Shown here one piece after another: positions 12,618 through 24,029 of a stretch of DNA of 64,000 nt. The notes under the pieces were generated by a model. That model saw nothing but the letters and a program-made list of their open reading frames with translations, made no database searches and was not told where the DNA came from. The position numbers and the translations under genes are program-made. The first letter of the stretch is position 1, and every line of letters starts with the position of its first letter. The stretch comes from Schmidtea polychroa. Its lineage: Eukaryota. The DNA lies in assembly GCA_044892525.1 (NCBI GenBank), contig CM097885.1, forward strand, positions 194,246,001 through 194,310,000, written 5' to 3'.

Positions 12618-15600
12618 TTAAGCATAAGTCTCTTGACAATGAGATTCTTCAAAAGAACCAATGATATTATTTTCTATGAGAGCAGGGACAATAATCTCTG
12701 CATTTCCATTAGGAATTGTAGGGAACACCTTATCCTTAACCAAATCAATAAAAATGTCATCTAAAGAAGTTTGATATACGGTAAAATCAATAATTAAACC
12801 ATCATTTTTCATCTTATGGAAAAAATTAAAAATAACAGATAATTTAGTAAAAGATAATTCGAACCTATAAAGAAGTGTTAAAAAATTTTCATCTTTTAAA
12901 CTTATTCCACGTTGGAAGCTATTTTCGATCATTGACTTTACTTCTAACCGATCACTTAATTGACATTTGTTTGAATACAATCGTATTTTGACGTAATAAT
13001 CGTCACCGAATTTCGATTTCAAATGTTGGACGCTGCCCAGACATTTCATTTCTCCATTCACCATTATTGACACCCTGTTACATAGAAATTCACATTCTTC
13101 CATGTTGTGAGACGTCAAAATTACTGCGATTTTATATTCATTCGTCATTTTCTGTATCACATTCCATAAAAACCGCCGGGATTCTGCATCCATACCGCTC
13201 GTTGGTTCGTCTAGAAATATCACTTTAGGATTTCCAATTAAGGCTATCGCAGTTGACAATTTCCGTTTATTCCCTCCTGACAGATTTTGAGTCATTTTAT
13301 TTGCATACGGAGTAAGGCTAAGATTTTTCAAACTTGTATTGACAACTGATTTAATTTTATCAGACTCAATTCCACGAATTCGACAATAAAAAGTTAATTG
13401 TTCTTCACAAGTTAATAGAGCATGCAAGGCATCGAATTGAGGACAAAATCCCATATTCCTATGAGCACCAATCATGTCACTAATTATTGACTGGCCATTT
13501 ATGAATGCATTTCCATAAGTTATTTCTTCTTCCCCGGTTAGCATTTTAAAAGTCGTTGTTTTGCCAGCACCATTCACGCCAAGCAATCCGAAACATTCGC
13601 CTTCTCGAACACCGAAACACAGATTATTAACAGCAATTTCACGGCCTTTATTCTCAATATAGTTATCATTTACTTTTTTACCACATTTATCTTTTAACTT
13701 CAAATACACATTATAAATTTTAGTTAAATTGAGAACTCTTAACACATCATCAGATTGATTATTTGAACTCATTCTTTCTCTTTCTAAATTAACGTCATCA
13801 TCTTCTGTATTTCTGATTTCAATTCTTTCCAAATACAAATTTTTCATCTTACCACAAAGAATTCGATTTATAATCCCACTTTCAATGATTATTAAAACAA
13901 TCCACCAGCCAATAGACGACATTAAAAGAGAAAAAAGTTTCTCCCCGGCAATATTCCACTGAAAAGCATTGTATTCATATCTGCCCATTGAATTATTATT
14001 GTAAAAGTAATTCAAAAATAAATCCATCATTCCCCTACCAAGATTGAACTGGGGAAATATTAAGAACACATTTTTTAAAATGTCATTAACCTCTTTTAAA
14101 TTTTTATATTTCTTTTGTAAAATATCTAAAATAAACGTGGAATTCGTTGTGATTGTTCCTACTAACAAGTTGTATGCGTAAACAATAGCAAATGCGGTGC
14201 TTGGTGTAGAAATAAAGAAACTAAATGGATACATAAGAGGTATAATAGCTAATCCATAGAAAAATAAAAGAAGAATAAAAGCTGCGGCATTTTTACTACC
14301 AATATATGATTGATAATCAAAGGCAATAAAGATTATGATGATAATGATGATGGGAATAATGTATTTCGTCATATCCCATAAGAAGTTGGACAACCAATAT
14401 ACGTAGGGATTAACTCCCGATACGAATTGCTGCCGCTTGGAGCCGCTAACTCTTTCTTCAATTAAAAAAATCACAAAACTAGCCGGAATGAAAGATAATC
14501 CAAGTATTACAAAAATAGCCAATGACATTTCGAGTAACATCTGATTGGTGAGTTCCACCGCTACATTCGATTGTGTTATAATCGGGTAGTTTGACACTGA
14601 AATTCCATAATCTGAAGTCTTTGCTGTCGATTTATTTAATCGGGATCTCAACAGTAAATTGCTGAAAATATTTGCATATGCCGGCATTGACACGTAGCCC
14701 TTGGAATTGGTCCATATTCGAGTGAATGTGGTCTTGATTCCGTATAGTTTAAAGGTTTTTTGAAGGTAATCTATAAATTTCAATGATTTCAAATCCGCTT
14801 CACTGTGATTATTCTGGGAAACATTCACAAATTTGCGCAATTCCTCCCAGAATGGAGAGTCTCCTATCAGTTTCGTTGACCACCCAAAAGTACTTGGTAA
14901 CAATAATTGAAACCCGCCATATAATTTTCGTGATAGCTTGCGGAAATTTTTCAATAAATAATCCGATATATTATATCCAGTTAAATTGTTCAGTTTATCA
15001 GAACTGGTCATTATTCGGTATGAATTCGGTGGACCGCCACTGAGAGTATCATTGCAGATCTGATAACCGGTTGTATTGCAATCACATCCCGGGGTAATTA
15101 ATGGAATATTTCCATTAGGAATCGGTGTCCATTTATTGTTTCTATTTTCAGGGAAACATCGATAATTGGCTAATCGATAAATCGATGGATTCATGCATCT
15201 GATTCCCGATTCACCGAGATCCGATCGATATTCCATTTCCAATTGATCCATCAATAAATTTATTTGATTTTCCTTCCTACGAAATTCATCATTATTGATT
15301 TCATATTCATTTTCCAATCGATTTGTCAAAAAATTTATTTGATTTTCTTTCCGATAAAATGTATTTAAATTTATCGATCTTGCTTTTGGAATCATCAACC
15401 AGGGGCTGATTTCCATTGCCGGTTCACTTTCAAGGGGTTTTGCCAATTTCAATAAAACAATATTTAGCGTAATCATTAAAATGGGTAATATCAATTCAGC
15501 GAAAATCCCTTTTTTGTTTCGTTTCATGTAATGGAATCTTTTAATTTGTAGTCCAATTATTTGCTGTTTTAAAAGGGAAAATCCACTCAATAATTTATTC

Positions 15601-18600
15601 GTTATATCGTAATTTGATGAAATCAACAATTCGTTCATTGAATGTGTATTGATAACATCGAGATATAAAAGCGGTTCCTGGTTATCAATGTCACCACAAA
15701 CAGCGATTTTATTCAAGTTTTCGGAAATCAGATCATTTTTTGTTTCCTCGCTTCTTTTTGATGGATCATCGGCTACCTTAATAAACACTTCCTCAAGAGA
15801 TGTATCCGACAATCCATATGACAACGCATTAAAATTTACAAGTTCTCCATCAAGATCTGCAAATAGACTAGAGAATTTGCAACTATTGATATCATTTTGA
15901 GGTAAAACAACGCTCCATTGAGTCGTGGTTTCGTTTCTCATTTTCGCGTCTGAAATATGGGATTTGATAAAGTTCAGTATCTTCTCTCCGGAACTGGAAA
16001 TTCCTTTGCTGAAATCTTCTTTTTGAGCCTTTAAATTCTTCACAAGGGTCAAATAATATCCATCACCAAATTTCCGTTTTAAAAACACTGATGAACCGCA
16101 ACATTGGAGCTTTCCTTGGGAAATTATAGCAATCCTGTCACTGAGATAATCTGCTTCGTCCATTTGATGGGTTGTCAGGATTATCGTTCTCTCTTTGCTC
16201 CGATATTTGATCAATAGATCCCATATTCCCCTCCTAGCAAATGGATCAACTCCTGCAGTCGGTTCATCGAGAAATACAATATCGGGATTCCCTATAAAGG
16301 CTAACGCTAAAGAAAGTTTTCTTTTCATTCCACCGGAAAGTTTTTTCGAAAACGTATTTATTTTTGCTGTTAAACCGACATCTTCGATAATTATCGGTAT
16401 GAGTTTTTGTATTTCTTCTATTTTCATCCCTTTCAGGAACCCATAGAAATATATATGGTCCCCTACGGTCAAGTTGTCAAATAAGACATTATATTGGGGA
16501 CATAGTCCTATTTTCTTTCTAATACTCTCCATATTAGTCCTGATATCTTCGTTTAAAATAAAAGCCGTTCCGGATGTGGGAGAAAAGATTCCGGCCAATA
16601 TGGAAATCGTTGTCGTTTTCCCGGCTCCATTGTGACCGAGAAATGCCGTGATTTGTGACTGATAGAAATTCAAGTTCAAATCATCAACAGCTCTGGATTT
16701 AGCTCCCGGATATGTTTTCACTAGGTTTCTAATCGATATTCCTATTTGTAAATTTGTATATTCGTTTTCAAAATTACTCTCATTATCACAATCGATAATT
16801 AACAGTGCATTATTGTTAATTTCATGAGTAAGGCGGATATTTCCGTTGGGCCGCCAATAATGCCGGGTGAACAGAAAGTACCAGGGCTTACCGACTCCGT
16901 ATTGCCCCGGAAACACCGATTCCAGGTACCAGGCCGCTGACAAATATAATACGCTATCTACTATCAGCATCACCATGCAATGGCCGACCCCAAATTTCAA
17001 ATCAATAATTGCCCCGTCGAATAAATTCCCAAAATGGGCTCCCTCAGTCGACTGTTCCCAATAACCAATGAAATTAATCGCATTACAAAAAGCCACTTGC
17101 GCCGACAATCCTCCGAAATAATAGAATCCAACTGACAAATCGCTCTGCATCCGGATAAACACAACAAACGGCACATAGAGAACCACATAGATTACACTCC
17201 CGGTTACCGAGGCTATGTTGGCCTTATCGAAGAACAGACTGATCATAAACACCTGACAAATGAAAGAAACAACATAGAGAAGTAAAACGAGAAAAACGAC
17301 TCCTGGCGAAGAGAAGGACAGAATCGAAGAATATGTCAACAGCAATGTCATGATAGTAATCGGGAAAACCAATACGGTAATTGTCGATAGAAACCAACCA
17401 ATCCAATGGACGGAATTTCCTAACCCCATTACTCGCATGAATTCTTTCAGGCGTCTTTCTTTTTCATAGACAATGCTCTTCATCAGCTCGGTAAACGAGT
17501 GAAGCCAGGCGATCATCAGCATCAGTGGCATCATATTGGTGAGTAATCTGATAAACACGTCATCAACGTAACACGGGTACGGCATAATTTGCATGCTCGA
17601 GCCGACCTCAATTGATAGATTATTCGTAACAATCTCGATAAATGCCTGATCGATTGCCTCCTGCAATAACAAAAACCCGCTTGTGTAGTATTTAAAATCC
17701 TGTAAAGTGTTTCGACGGGGTTTAGCGGTCCAGAATTCATCGGTAACTTTAAAGTGTTTCGTAGAGTCGATTCGATTTGATGGGATTCGGATTTGATAGT
17801 TGAGAAAAGTTGCATTTGATGGTGTCAGGTAACGAAATGCATCATTTATGACGATAATGGCGAAAACGTTTTTCATTGGTTGTTTGACGAAATTCTCTAT
17901 AGCGATCGATTCATTTATTGGTACAAATTTATTCAATTCTGTACAATTTAATGCCTTTTCTAGTAACGAAAATATGGAGGAGATTTTATTTATAATAGAT
18001 TGAATATCTTGAAAATTCAATATAGTATTTATTTTTTCACAGAGATTTTGATCGAAATAAAAATACGAAGATTTGCAGGATTTTAGTTCATTAATTAATT
18101 CACTGTTATTTACAACTTTAATAATCCAATCCCTGAAATGCAATCGCCATTCAACAGATGCTAACCTGATGTAGTCTAAAGTTTCAAATGTTATGTTTGC
18201 TCTTCGCATAATTTCCCTGGTTAACGGAGAATTAGGAGAGAAATAAATTTTACCAAATACCCACGGAGAAATGGTCTTAATTATGATATTGGAATTCACA
18301 TTTCCAAAGAATTTTTCAAAGTTTGTCCCGCACGTTACGCTTGATTCATTCATAAATTGACCACTAACATTACTTTGGTTAGACATATTTTTTATCGATA
18401 TGAACAAAAACTTATAAAATTCTGTAAAATCATTCTCGTGTGATCCACAAAAAAAATTAAAAATTTGTGTTATAATTGGTTCAGACATTGTTAAATTTCC
18501 CATATTCGTTTCTTTAAAATTTGCTATCAATGGTGAAAGCAATTTACTAATAGGTATTGTATAGCTTATCAATTGATCAATTTCAAATTTATGAATAGTT

Positions 18601-18986
18601 GCCCATTTAATTAAGGAATTAACTGTTAACTTTTCTTTTGGTAAAGTTTGATAGACATTGTATAGGTTTTTCATAAACATTTCAAAAATATAAATATTAC
18701 TATAATTCTCATTCCAATTGATTTGGGTTTTATTGTAGCAGGTTGTATTAAATGTACAAAAGAAATCTAAAAGAAATGGTATAAACCCCATAGAAGCCAT
18801 ATTTTTTTCTTTAAATTCACAGTGATCAATTTTTAATTTAAAAATCGAATTACGCACTGGCACTATAATGACGATAATTAAAAGAGGTACCAAAATTTCT
18901 GAAATCAAAGTTATAGGTTTCCGTTTTTTCATTGTAAAGTTTTTCCAAAGCAACACTTTCAACTGCCTTATAAATATTGAATTCAT
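12618..18986 (-). CDS. ABCA1: Full-length ABCA subfamily lipid transporter (ABCA1/4/7-like), single exon, 2122 aa
   Basis: LLWKNFT N-terminus; MASMGFIPF..FFC....C exocytoplasmic motif; two TMDs; NBD1 GHNGAGKTTT/LSGGMKRKLS/LDEPTAGVDP; NBD2 GVNGAGKTTT/LSGGNKRKLS/LDEPTSGMD; exact orthology not determinable by eye. Confidence 0.95.
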   Translation of the reverse strand: MNSIFIRQLKVLLWKNFTMKKRKPITLISEILVPLLIIVIIVPVRNSIFKLKIDHCEFKEKNMASMGFIPFLLDFFCTFNTTCYNKTQINWNENYSNIYIFEMFMKNLYNVYQTLPKEKLTVNSLIKWATIHKFEIDQLISYTIPISKLLSPLIANFKETNMGNLTMSEPIITQIFNFFCGSHENDFTEFYKFLFISIKNMSNQSNVSGQFMNESSVTCGTNFEKFFGNVNSNIIIKTISPWVFGKIYFSPNSPLTREIMRRANITFETLDYIRLASVEWRLHFRDWIIKVVNNSELINELKSCKSSYFYFDQNLCEKINTILNFQDIQSIINKISSIFSLLEKALNCTELNKFVPINESIAIENFVKQPMKNVFAIIVINDAFRYLTPSNATFLNYQIRIPSNRIDSTKHFKVTDEFWTAKPRRNTLQDFKYYTSGFLLLQEAIDQAFIEIVTNNLSIEVGSSMQIMPYPCYVDDVFIRLLTNMMPLMLMIAWLHSFTELMKSIVYEKERRLKEFMRVMGLGNSVHWIGWFLSTITVLVFPITIMTLLLTYSSILSFSSPGVVFLVLLLYVVSFICQVFMISLFFDKANIASVTGSVIYVVLYVPFVVFIRMQSDLSVGFYYFGGLSAQVAFCNAINFIGYWEQSTEGAHFGNLFDGAIIDLKFGVGHCMVMLIVDSVLYLSAAWYLESVFPGQYGVGKPWYFLFTRHYWRPNGNIRLTHEINNNALLIIDCDNESNFENEYTNLQIGISIRNLVKTYPGAKSRAVDDLNLNFYQSQITAFLGHNGAGKTTTISILAGIFSPTSGTAFILNEDIRTNMESIRKKIGLCPQYNVLFDNLTVGDHIYFYGFLKGMKIEEIQKLIPIIIEDVGLTAKINTFSKKLSGGMKRKLSLALAFIGNPDIVFLDEPTAGVDPFARRGIWDLLIKYRSKERTIILTTHQMDEADYLSDRIAIISQGKLQCCGSSVFLKRKFGDGYYLTLVKNLKAQKEDFSKGISSSGEKILNFIKSHISDAKMRNETTTQWSVVLPQNDINSCKFSSLFADLDGELVNFNALSYGLSDTSLEEVFIKVADDPSKRSEETKNDLISENLNKIAVCGDIDNQEPLLYLDVINTHSMNELLISSNYDITNKLLSGFSLLKQQIIGLQIKRFHYMKRNKKGIFAELILPILMITLNIVLLKLAKPLESEPAMEISPWLMIPKARSINLNTFYRKENQINFLTNRLENEYEINNDEFRRKENQINLLMDQLEMEYRSDLGESGIRCMNPSIYRLANYRCFPENRNNKWTPIPNGNIPLITPGCDCNTTGYQICNDTLSGGPPNSYRIMTSSDKLNNLTGYNISDYLLKNFRKLSRKLYGGFQLLLPSTFGWSTKLIGDSPFWEELRKFVNVSQNNHSEADLKSLKFIDYLQKTFKLYGIKTTFTRIWTNSKGYVSMPAYANIFSNLLLRSRLNKSTAKTSDYGISVSNYPIITQSNVAVELTNQMLLEMSLAIFVILGLSFIPASFVIFLIEERVSGSKRQQFVSGVNPYVYWLSNFLWDMTKYIIPIIIIIIIFIAFDYQSYIGSKNAAAFILLLFFYGLAIIPLMYPFSFFISTPSTAFAIVYAYNLLVGTITTNSTFILDILQKKYKNLKEVNDILKNVFLIFPQFNLGRGMMDLFLNYFYNNNSMGRYEYNAFQWNIAGEKLFSLLMSSIGWWIVLIIIESGIINRILCGKMKNLYLERIEIRNTEDDDVNLERERMSSNNQSDDVLRVLNLTKIYNVYLKLKDKCGKKVNDNYIENKGREIAVNNLCFGVREGECFGLLGVNGAGKTTTFKMLTGEEEITYGNAFINGQSIISDMIGAHRNMGFCPQFDALHALLTCEEQLTFYCRIRGIESDKIKSVVNTSLKNLSLTPYANKMTQNLSGGNKRKLSTAIALIGNPKVIFLDEPTSGMDAESRRFLWNVIQKMTNEYKIAVILTSHNMEECEFLCNRVSIMVNGEMKCLGSVQHLKSKFGDDYYVKIRLYSNKCQLSDRLEVKSMIENSFQRGISLKDENFLTLLYRFELSFTKLSVIFNFFHKMKNDGLIIDFTVYQTSLDDIFIDLVKDKVFPTIPNGNAEIIVPALIENNIIGSFEESHCQETYA

Positions 18987-19279
18987 GATTGCTGAAAAGA
19001 ATAATTTAACAAAAAAATTAATCTTAAAAATATAATAATTAAATATCTGCTATAAAATAGATTGTATTACACAAATTGACATGATTAAATTCATAGTTTT
19101 AAACAATAATTATGCAAAATTCAATAAAAAGTGCAAAAATTTATTATCGACCGTTCTCATCTACTATCACATCAAATTATCAGTAAATCATGACGCAAGA
19201 GACAAAAATTTATCCTCGATGGAAATAACGGTCATATTCTATTTTCGGCCCTCTTCATCTGTTGATTTCTGTTATAAAC

Positions 19280-19652
19280 TGTTGGGAAATTTGTTGTCGA
19301 TATTAGTTAGGGCTAAATTGCTAATAATTATTAATTGACGCTCCAGGTTAATGAGTTTTTATCTCGGTAACCAATAGACAAAAATCATGTAAATCTTTTA
19401 CTGGAGTCGATGGCACTCCTTAATTAATAGTGACGTCTTTTTACTTCATCATTATGCCACAAAATCTTCATTAAAATATTTATGCTAATATTGCTAGTCA
19501 CCACTCATTTTGCTTAAATTTCCTTTGTCATTTCAGCCGTACATGTGTTAGATGACGAGGGCAGGCCCATCACTACATTTACCTTAGATAAGTATTACAG
19601 AACGGGGCTAAGCAAATATAGGGTTAATGTGTTCGCCGAAGAGCGGAATTAG
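19280..19652 (+). pseudogene. Relic of the C-terminal domain of the retroelement 511-aa accessory ORF
   Basis: 19542-19652 reads HVLDDEGRPITTFTLDKYYRTGLSKYRVNVFAEERN* versus GVLDDRGRRIEEFELTHYYRTGSNKFRVNIYVEPRQ in the 511-aa ORF; upstream extent uncertain. Confidence 0.75.
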
Positions 19653-19759
19653 ACAAAACTTCTCCATATCTTTAAAGCTTCACCATAACTATCCAATCCA
19701 ATACAATTTAAAAAACAATAATTATCCTTTGTGATCTAATTAACAATGTATATATTTAC

Positions 19760-20868
19760 CTGGCCCGACAAGAGGGGGGGGGGGTTGACGGGGAAAAAAT
19801 CTATCATGATTTAAATCACTTGATTTTTTTATGAAAAATCATGATTTCAATTTGTAGGAACTATGTAGCATTTCTTTACCGGTGCTGGAGTGCTGGAGTC
19901 TAATTTTCGATTAATTATAATTAGCAGTCAATGGGAGACCGCCATCGATTCCGATATTCGCGACGTGGATATTTTGCACAAAATAAACTTTCAGTCCGTG
20001 CAAGTCAACGCGGCGCAGCTGCCCACTAAGGGACCGCCGCGCCGACGACTCACGCGGCGTGGAATCAAATGCAATGCTCTCCCTTCTAAATAATTCCCAA
20101 AACACTTTTTTCTTTTTTTTAAGATTGTATTATTGGAAATATTGCAAGAAGATTTAATGCGGCTAAAGAAATTGATTCATTATTCAATGTATTATGGTTA
20201 TTTCATAACCTTAATGATGAAGAAATACAAAAGAAGTCCAAAATATTACAAAAAGTATATGAAAATTATATTGACCATAATCTTGGTGAAGAAATACTCC
20301 ATTTAAAATCAATTTATGATGCCAATATACAAAACAAATCTCTCTCGCCCATTGAGTTACTAAACATCATTAAAAAATGAAACTGGATGTATTGTTTCCC
20401 AACATAATAATAGCAATAAGATTAATTTGTACGATCCCTGTAACCGTTGCTGAAGCAGAACGATCCTTTAGTGTTTTAAAAAGGATAAAAGATGTTTTGA
20501 GATCCACAATGTCACAACACCGATTGAATGATTTAGGAATGTTGTCGATTGAATCTGAAATGGCTAAGAAAATTGATTTTCAAGACGTAATTAATTTGTT
20601 TGCTAGGCGCAAGGTTCGGAAAGCAACATTCTAAAAAATAATTTGTTTTTTGTACTTTTTTTTGTAATTTTAGTTGTAAACGTTTTCATTTTTGTAAGAG
20701 AATTATTGATGAATACATTGTTCCAATAACAATTAGAATATTTTTCGGTTTCCCGCTTCATTTATAAGTATCCCAAAGTCCGAGGGTAAAATTTATTTTT
20801 CACGCTCTTGGCAGGGGCCCCCACAAGAAGTATATCCCCGGGCCTCAAAAGTCCTCTCGGCAGCCCTG
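19760..20868 (+). mobile_element. Internally deleted hAT element
   Basis: Perfect 8-bp TSD ATATTTAC (19752-19759, 20869-20876); imperfect TIRs; IPVTVAEAERSFSVLKRIKDVLRSTMSQHRLNDLGMLSIE dimerisation domain. Confidence 0.9.
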
Positions 20869-21747
20869 ATATTTACTGTGTATGACATTCTTTTATATTA
20901 TTATTGACTATTCGCTATGATCCTGAATGATTGTAAATATTTTATTATGGATATACTATGTTATATTTTATTCTAATTTGATTATTCCTTTTAATCGGTG
21001 TATATATGTGATAATACATTTAATATATAAATACAAGAGAAATAAATTAATATAAATTGTTATATATAAATTAATATAAATTTTAGAGCTTTAATTTTCT
21101 TAGGAAAATATAAATCTGTAATTAAATATTTTAGAGTTTCAATTTTCTTAGGAAAATATAAATCTGTAATTAAATATAACCACGCAAATTAACAAATAGA
21201 TTAATATAAAGTTTTTAATTAAATTCTTTTTATAAACACGCAAGGCAAATAATGGAAGAATAATTTTTAATTATTATTATAGAAAGTAAATATAATAAAT
21301 ATAATATAATATTCCGTGCGTATATGCCGGAAATTAAAATATTTTATTTTACCGTCACTTAAAAATAGTATATATACCACACCAAAATTCAGTAAATCCG
21401 CCCAAAATTTCTTGAATTATTCCTGAATCTTGAAGAGGCAATCTCTACGAGATTTCAAAATAAGACTGTATAGGAAGTCTAACATATTAAGTCTGCAATT
21501 ATAATATAACACGCACGATATACATAATAACAGTATATAACACGCATCGTTGAATAGTGAATTTCTGGAAGACTTAAAAGATAAAGTTTGTAATTAAAAG
21601 GTGAATTTTATTTATTAATAAATTTTGTTCAACAGACTTGTTTTTATTCAAATAATTAAATAAGAACCAGTAAGTTGGGGTTTTAATAAAAGTGAGACCT
21701 CAACACATGCAACTTTCTCGTTCCCCCCGAATTTATCTACTACATTA

Positions 21748-23997
21748 CACCTAATTCCAGATGTTAAAAGTCTCTACACCTAACCGCGAAAGTTAACATT
21801 GTCTATAATATACGTTGGTGTGCACACCACCTGAGGTGAGTCACCAATTATATGACAATGTTAACTTAATTTCATTTATTCTATTTTTCAAAAATCATTT
21901 TAAGGTAAGTTTTTGAATTGAAGTAATTTTTAGGACTTGAATTTTGATTTTATATAATTATGAGATCATTATTCAAGTTCTTAAATATTACTGTTAGTCA
22001 TCATTTATAATTTATCATTTATATTAATAATTAAATTTCAGGTGTTTTTTAGGAAATTTATGATATTTTATGCATTAATATGGAATTATTTCGCTAAAAT
22101 GTAAGTTAAATATTTTTATATTTATAAATAAATAAAGTAATCACCATACACATTTATTTTTTTAATACATTTAGGGAAAAATCGGCGTACATGAACGAAA
22201 TAGTTTTTTAAATTTTTATAATCTTCTTTCTGCAGCTCATTGGCTTCGACAAAATCCAACAAATTATTTCCCTGTTCTTCTGAAATAATTTGTTTTCTGC
22301 CACTTCTTTTTCCTTTTGTAATTTCGGCATATTTCTTATATTTGTAAATTATTGAAATAATTGAATTTTTGGGGATTCCGAGCAATTTTCCAAATTCTTT
22401 ATAATTGTCCCCATTTTCAAATGCATTAATAAGCCGAATTTTGTCTATTTTTGTAATTCTTTGAAAATATTAATTTGTTAAAATAATTTATTAAAATTTA
22501 CGATTTGCGATTTTTTTTCTGCAAATTCGAAGTTGTCGAAGGACCTTCTTCAATATTTGAAATGGTACCTTCACGCAAAGAAATATCTGTTATACTGTAA
22601 AATATTTTAATATTTTATATTTTAATGAATAAATCTTACATTGTCAGATCTTCAACTTCGCAAAAAGCCACTGTGTCCTGTGAAATATCTGTAAATCTAA
22701 AGAAATTTTATATTCCAAATTATTTTATAATTAAATCTTACGATGTATCTTCTTTTTTTCCCTAAAGCTCAACGTAGAGCAGTCGGAATCTGATTCAAAA
22801 GTTTTTTTGTACATAATTTTTTAAATAATTTAAAAATATTGATATGTTAATTATATGTTAATCAATCTGAATTTCGCATGAAAACACTTTACTTAATTTT
22901 GTATGTATTTTTCATTATGTGTGCTGTGCTTGTATGCTTAATTATTTTCTCTCACTTTTTAGATTCCTATAATAAATATGTTAAATTTCGCGGCATTAAA
23001 TTTCTACACACAGGTAAGTTTGTGTGTTCCTATAATATATATTTATTGATTTTTTTTTAGATTATAGATAATGTTATATTTCGCGGTTAGGTGTATAATA
23101 CATGTTGGTGTGTTCATCAGTTGATGACTCACCATTTATGAGAATGTGAAGTTATTTACTTCATTTCATTTATTCAATTTTACAAGTAAGTTTTTTTAAT
23201 TTAAGTAACTTTTAAGGTTTGAATTTTGATTTTATAAAATTATGAGATCACTATTCAAGCTTTTAAATGTTACTTGTAGTAAATATTTTGATTATAAATT
23301 ATTTTTAATTAATTTTCAGGTTTTTTAGGATTTTTATAACTATGAATTTATTTGGAATTATTTCGATAAAATGTAAGTTAGATTAATATTTTTAACTATG
23401 AATAAATAAAGAAATCACCAAAAACATTTATTTTTTTAAGACATTTAAGAAAGAAGCGGAGTAGTTTTTTAAGTTTTTTCCAGCTCATTTATATGGCGAA
23501 TTTTGTCATTTTATTTAATTCTATGAAATTATTATTTTTTTATACAAGTTATAAAAATTTACGATTTTCAAATTTTTTTCCAGAAAAATATCTAAAAATC
23601 TAAAGAAATAATAACTTCAAAAATATTTTATAAATAAATTTTACGATGTTTTGTCGTCCTTTTATTGAAAACTCAAAGTAGAGTTGTCCGATTGAAAATC
23701 CAAAATTTTTTCTGCCATGAATTTTAATATATTAAAAATAATGATATGTTAACAATATGTTAATGACTTTCTACTTTCGGAATAAAAAAAGCTATATTAA
23801 ATTTACGTGTATTTTATATTATGTGTGCTGTGTTTGTATGTAAAATTATTTTTCTGTCACTTTCTCAATTCCTATAATAAAACTTTTAACATTCGGAACA
23901 ATAAAGTTTTGCACACAGGTAAGTTTGTGTGTTGCTATAGTATAATTTTATCGATTTTTTTTAGATTATAGAAACTTTTATATTCTGGATTTAGGTG
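21748..23997 (-). mobile_element. Tc1/mariner-IS630-like non-autonomous element (outer) interrupted by a related element
   Basis: TIRs CACCTAA(T/A)TCCAGA flanked by TA (21746-21747, 23998-23999); 23096-23997 resembles the inner element internally. Confidence 0.75.
21777..23093 (-). mobile_element. Tc1/mariner-IS630-like element (inner) with an N-terminal HTH remnant
   Basis: Identical 15-nt TIR core CACCTAACCGCGAAA; TA on both sides; LGIPKNSIISIIYKYKK..KRSGRKQIISEEQ at 22122-22385. Confidence 0.8.
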
Positions 23998-24029
23998 TAT
24001 CATTCCTAGTGTGTGTGTGTGTGTGTCGT

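Noticed and set aside
14783-17815. Short antisense or alternative-frame ORFs inside ABCA (and likewise inside pol and env)
   Set aside because: They are shadow ORFs of long coding sequences with no independent motifs.
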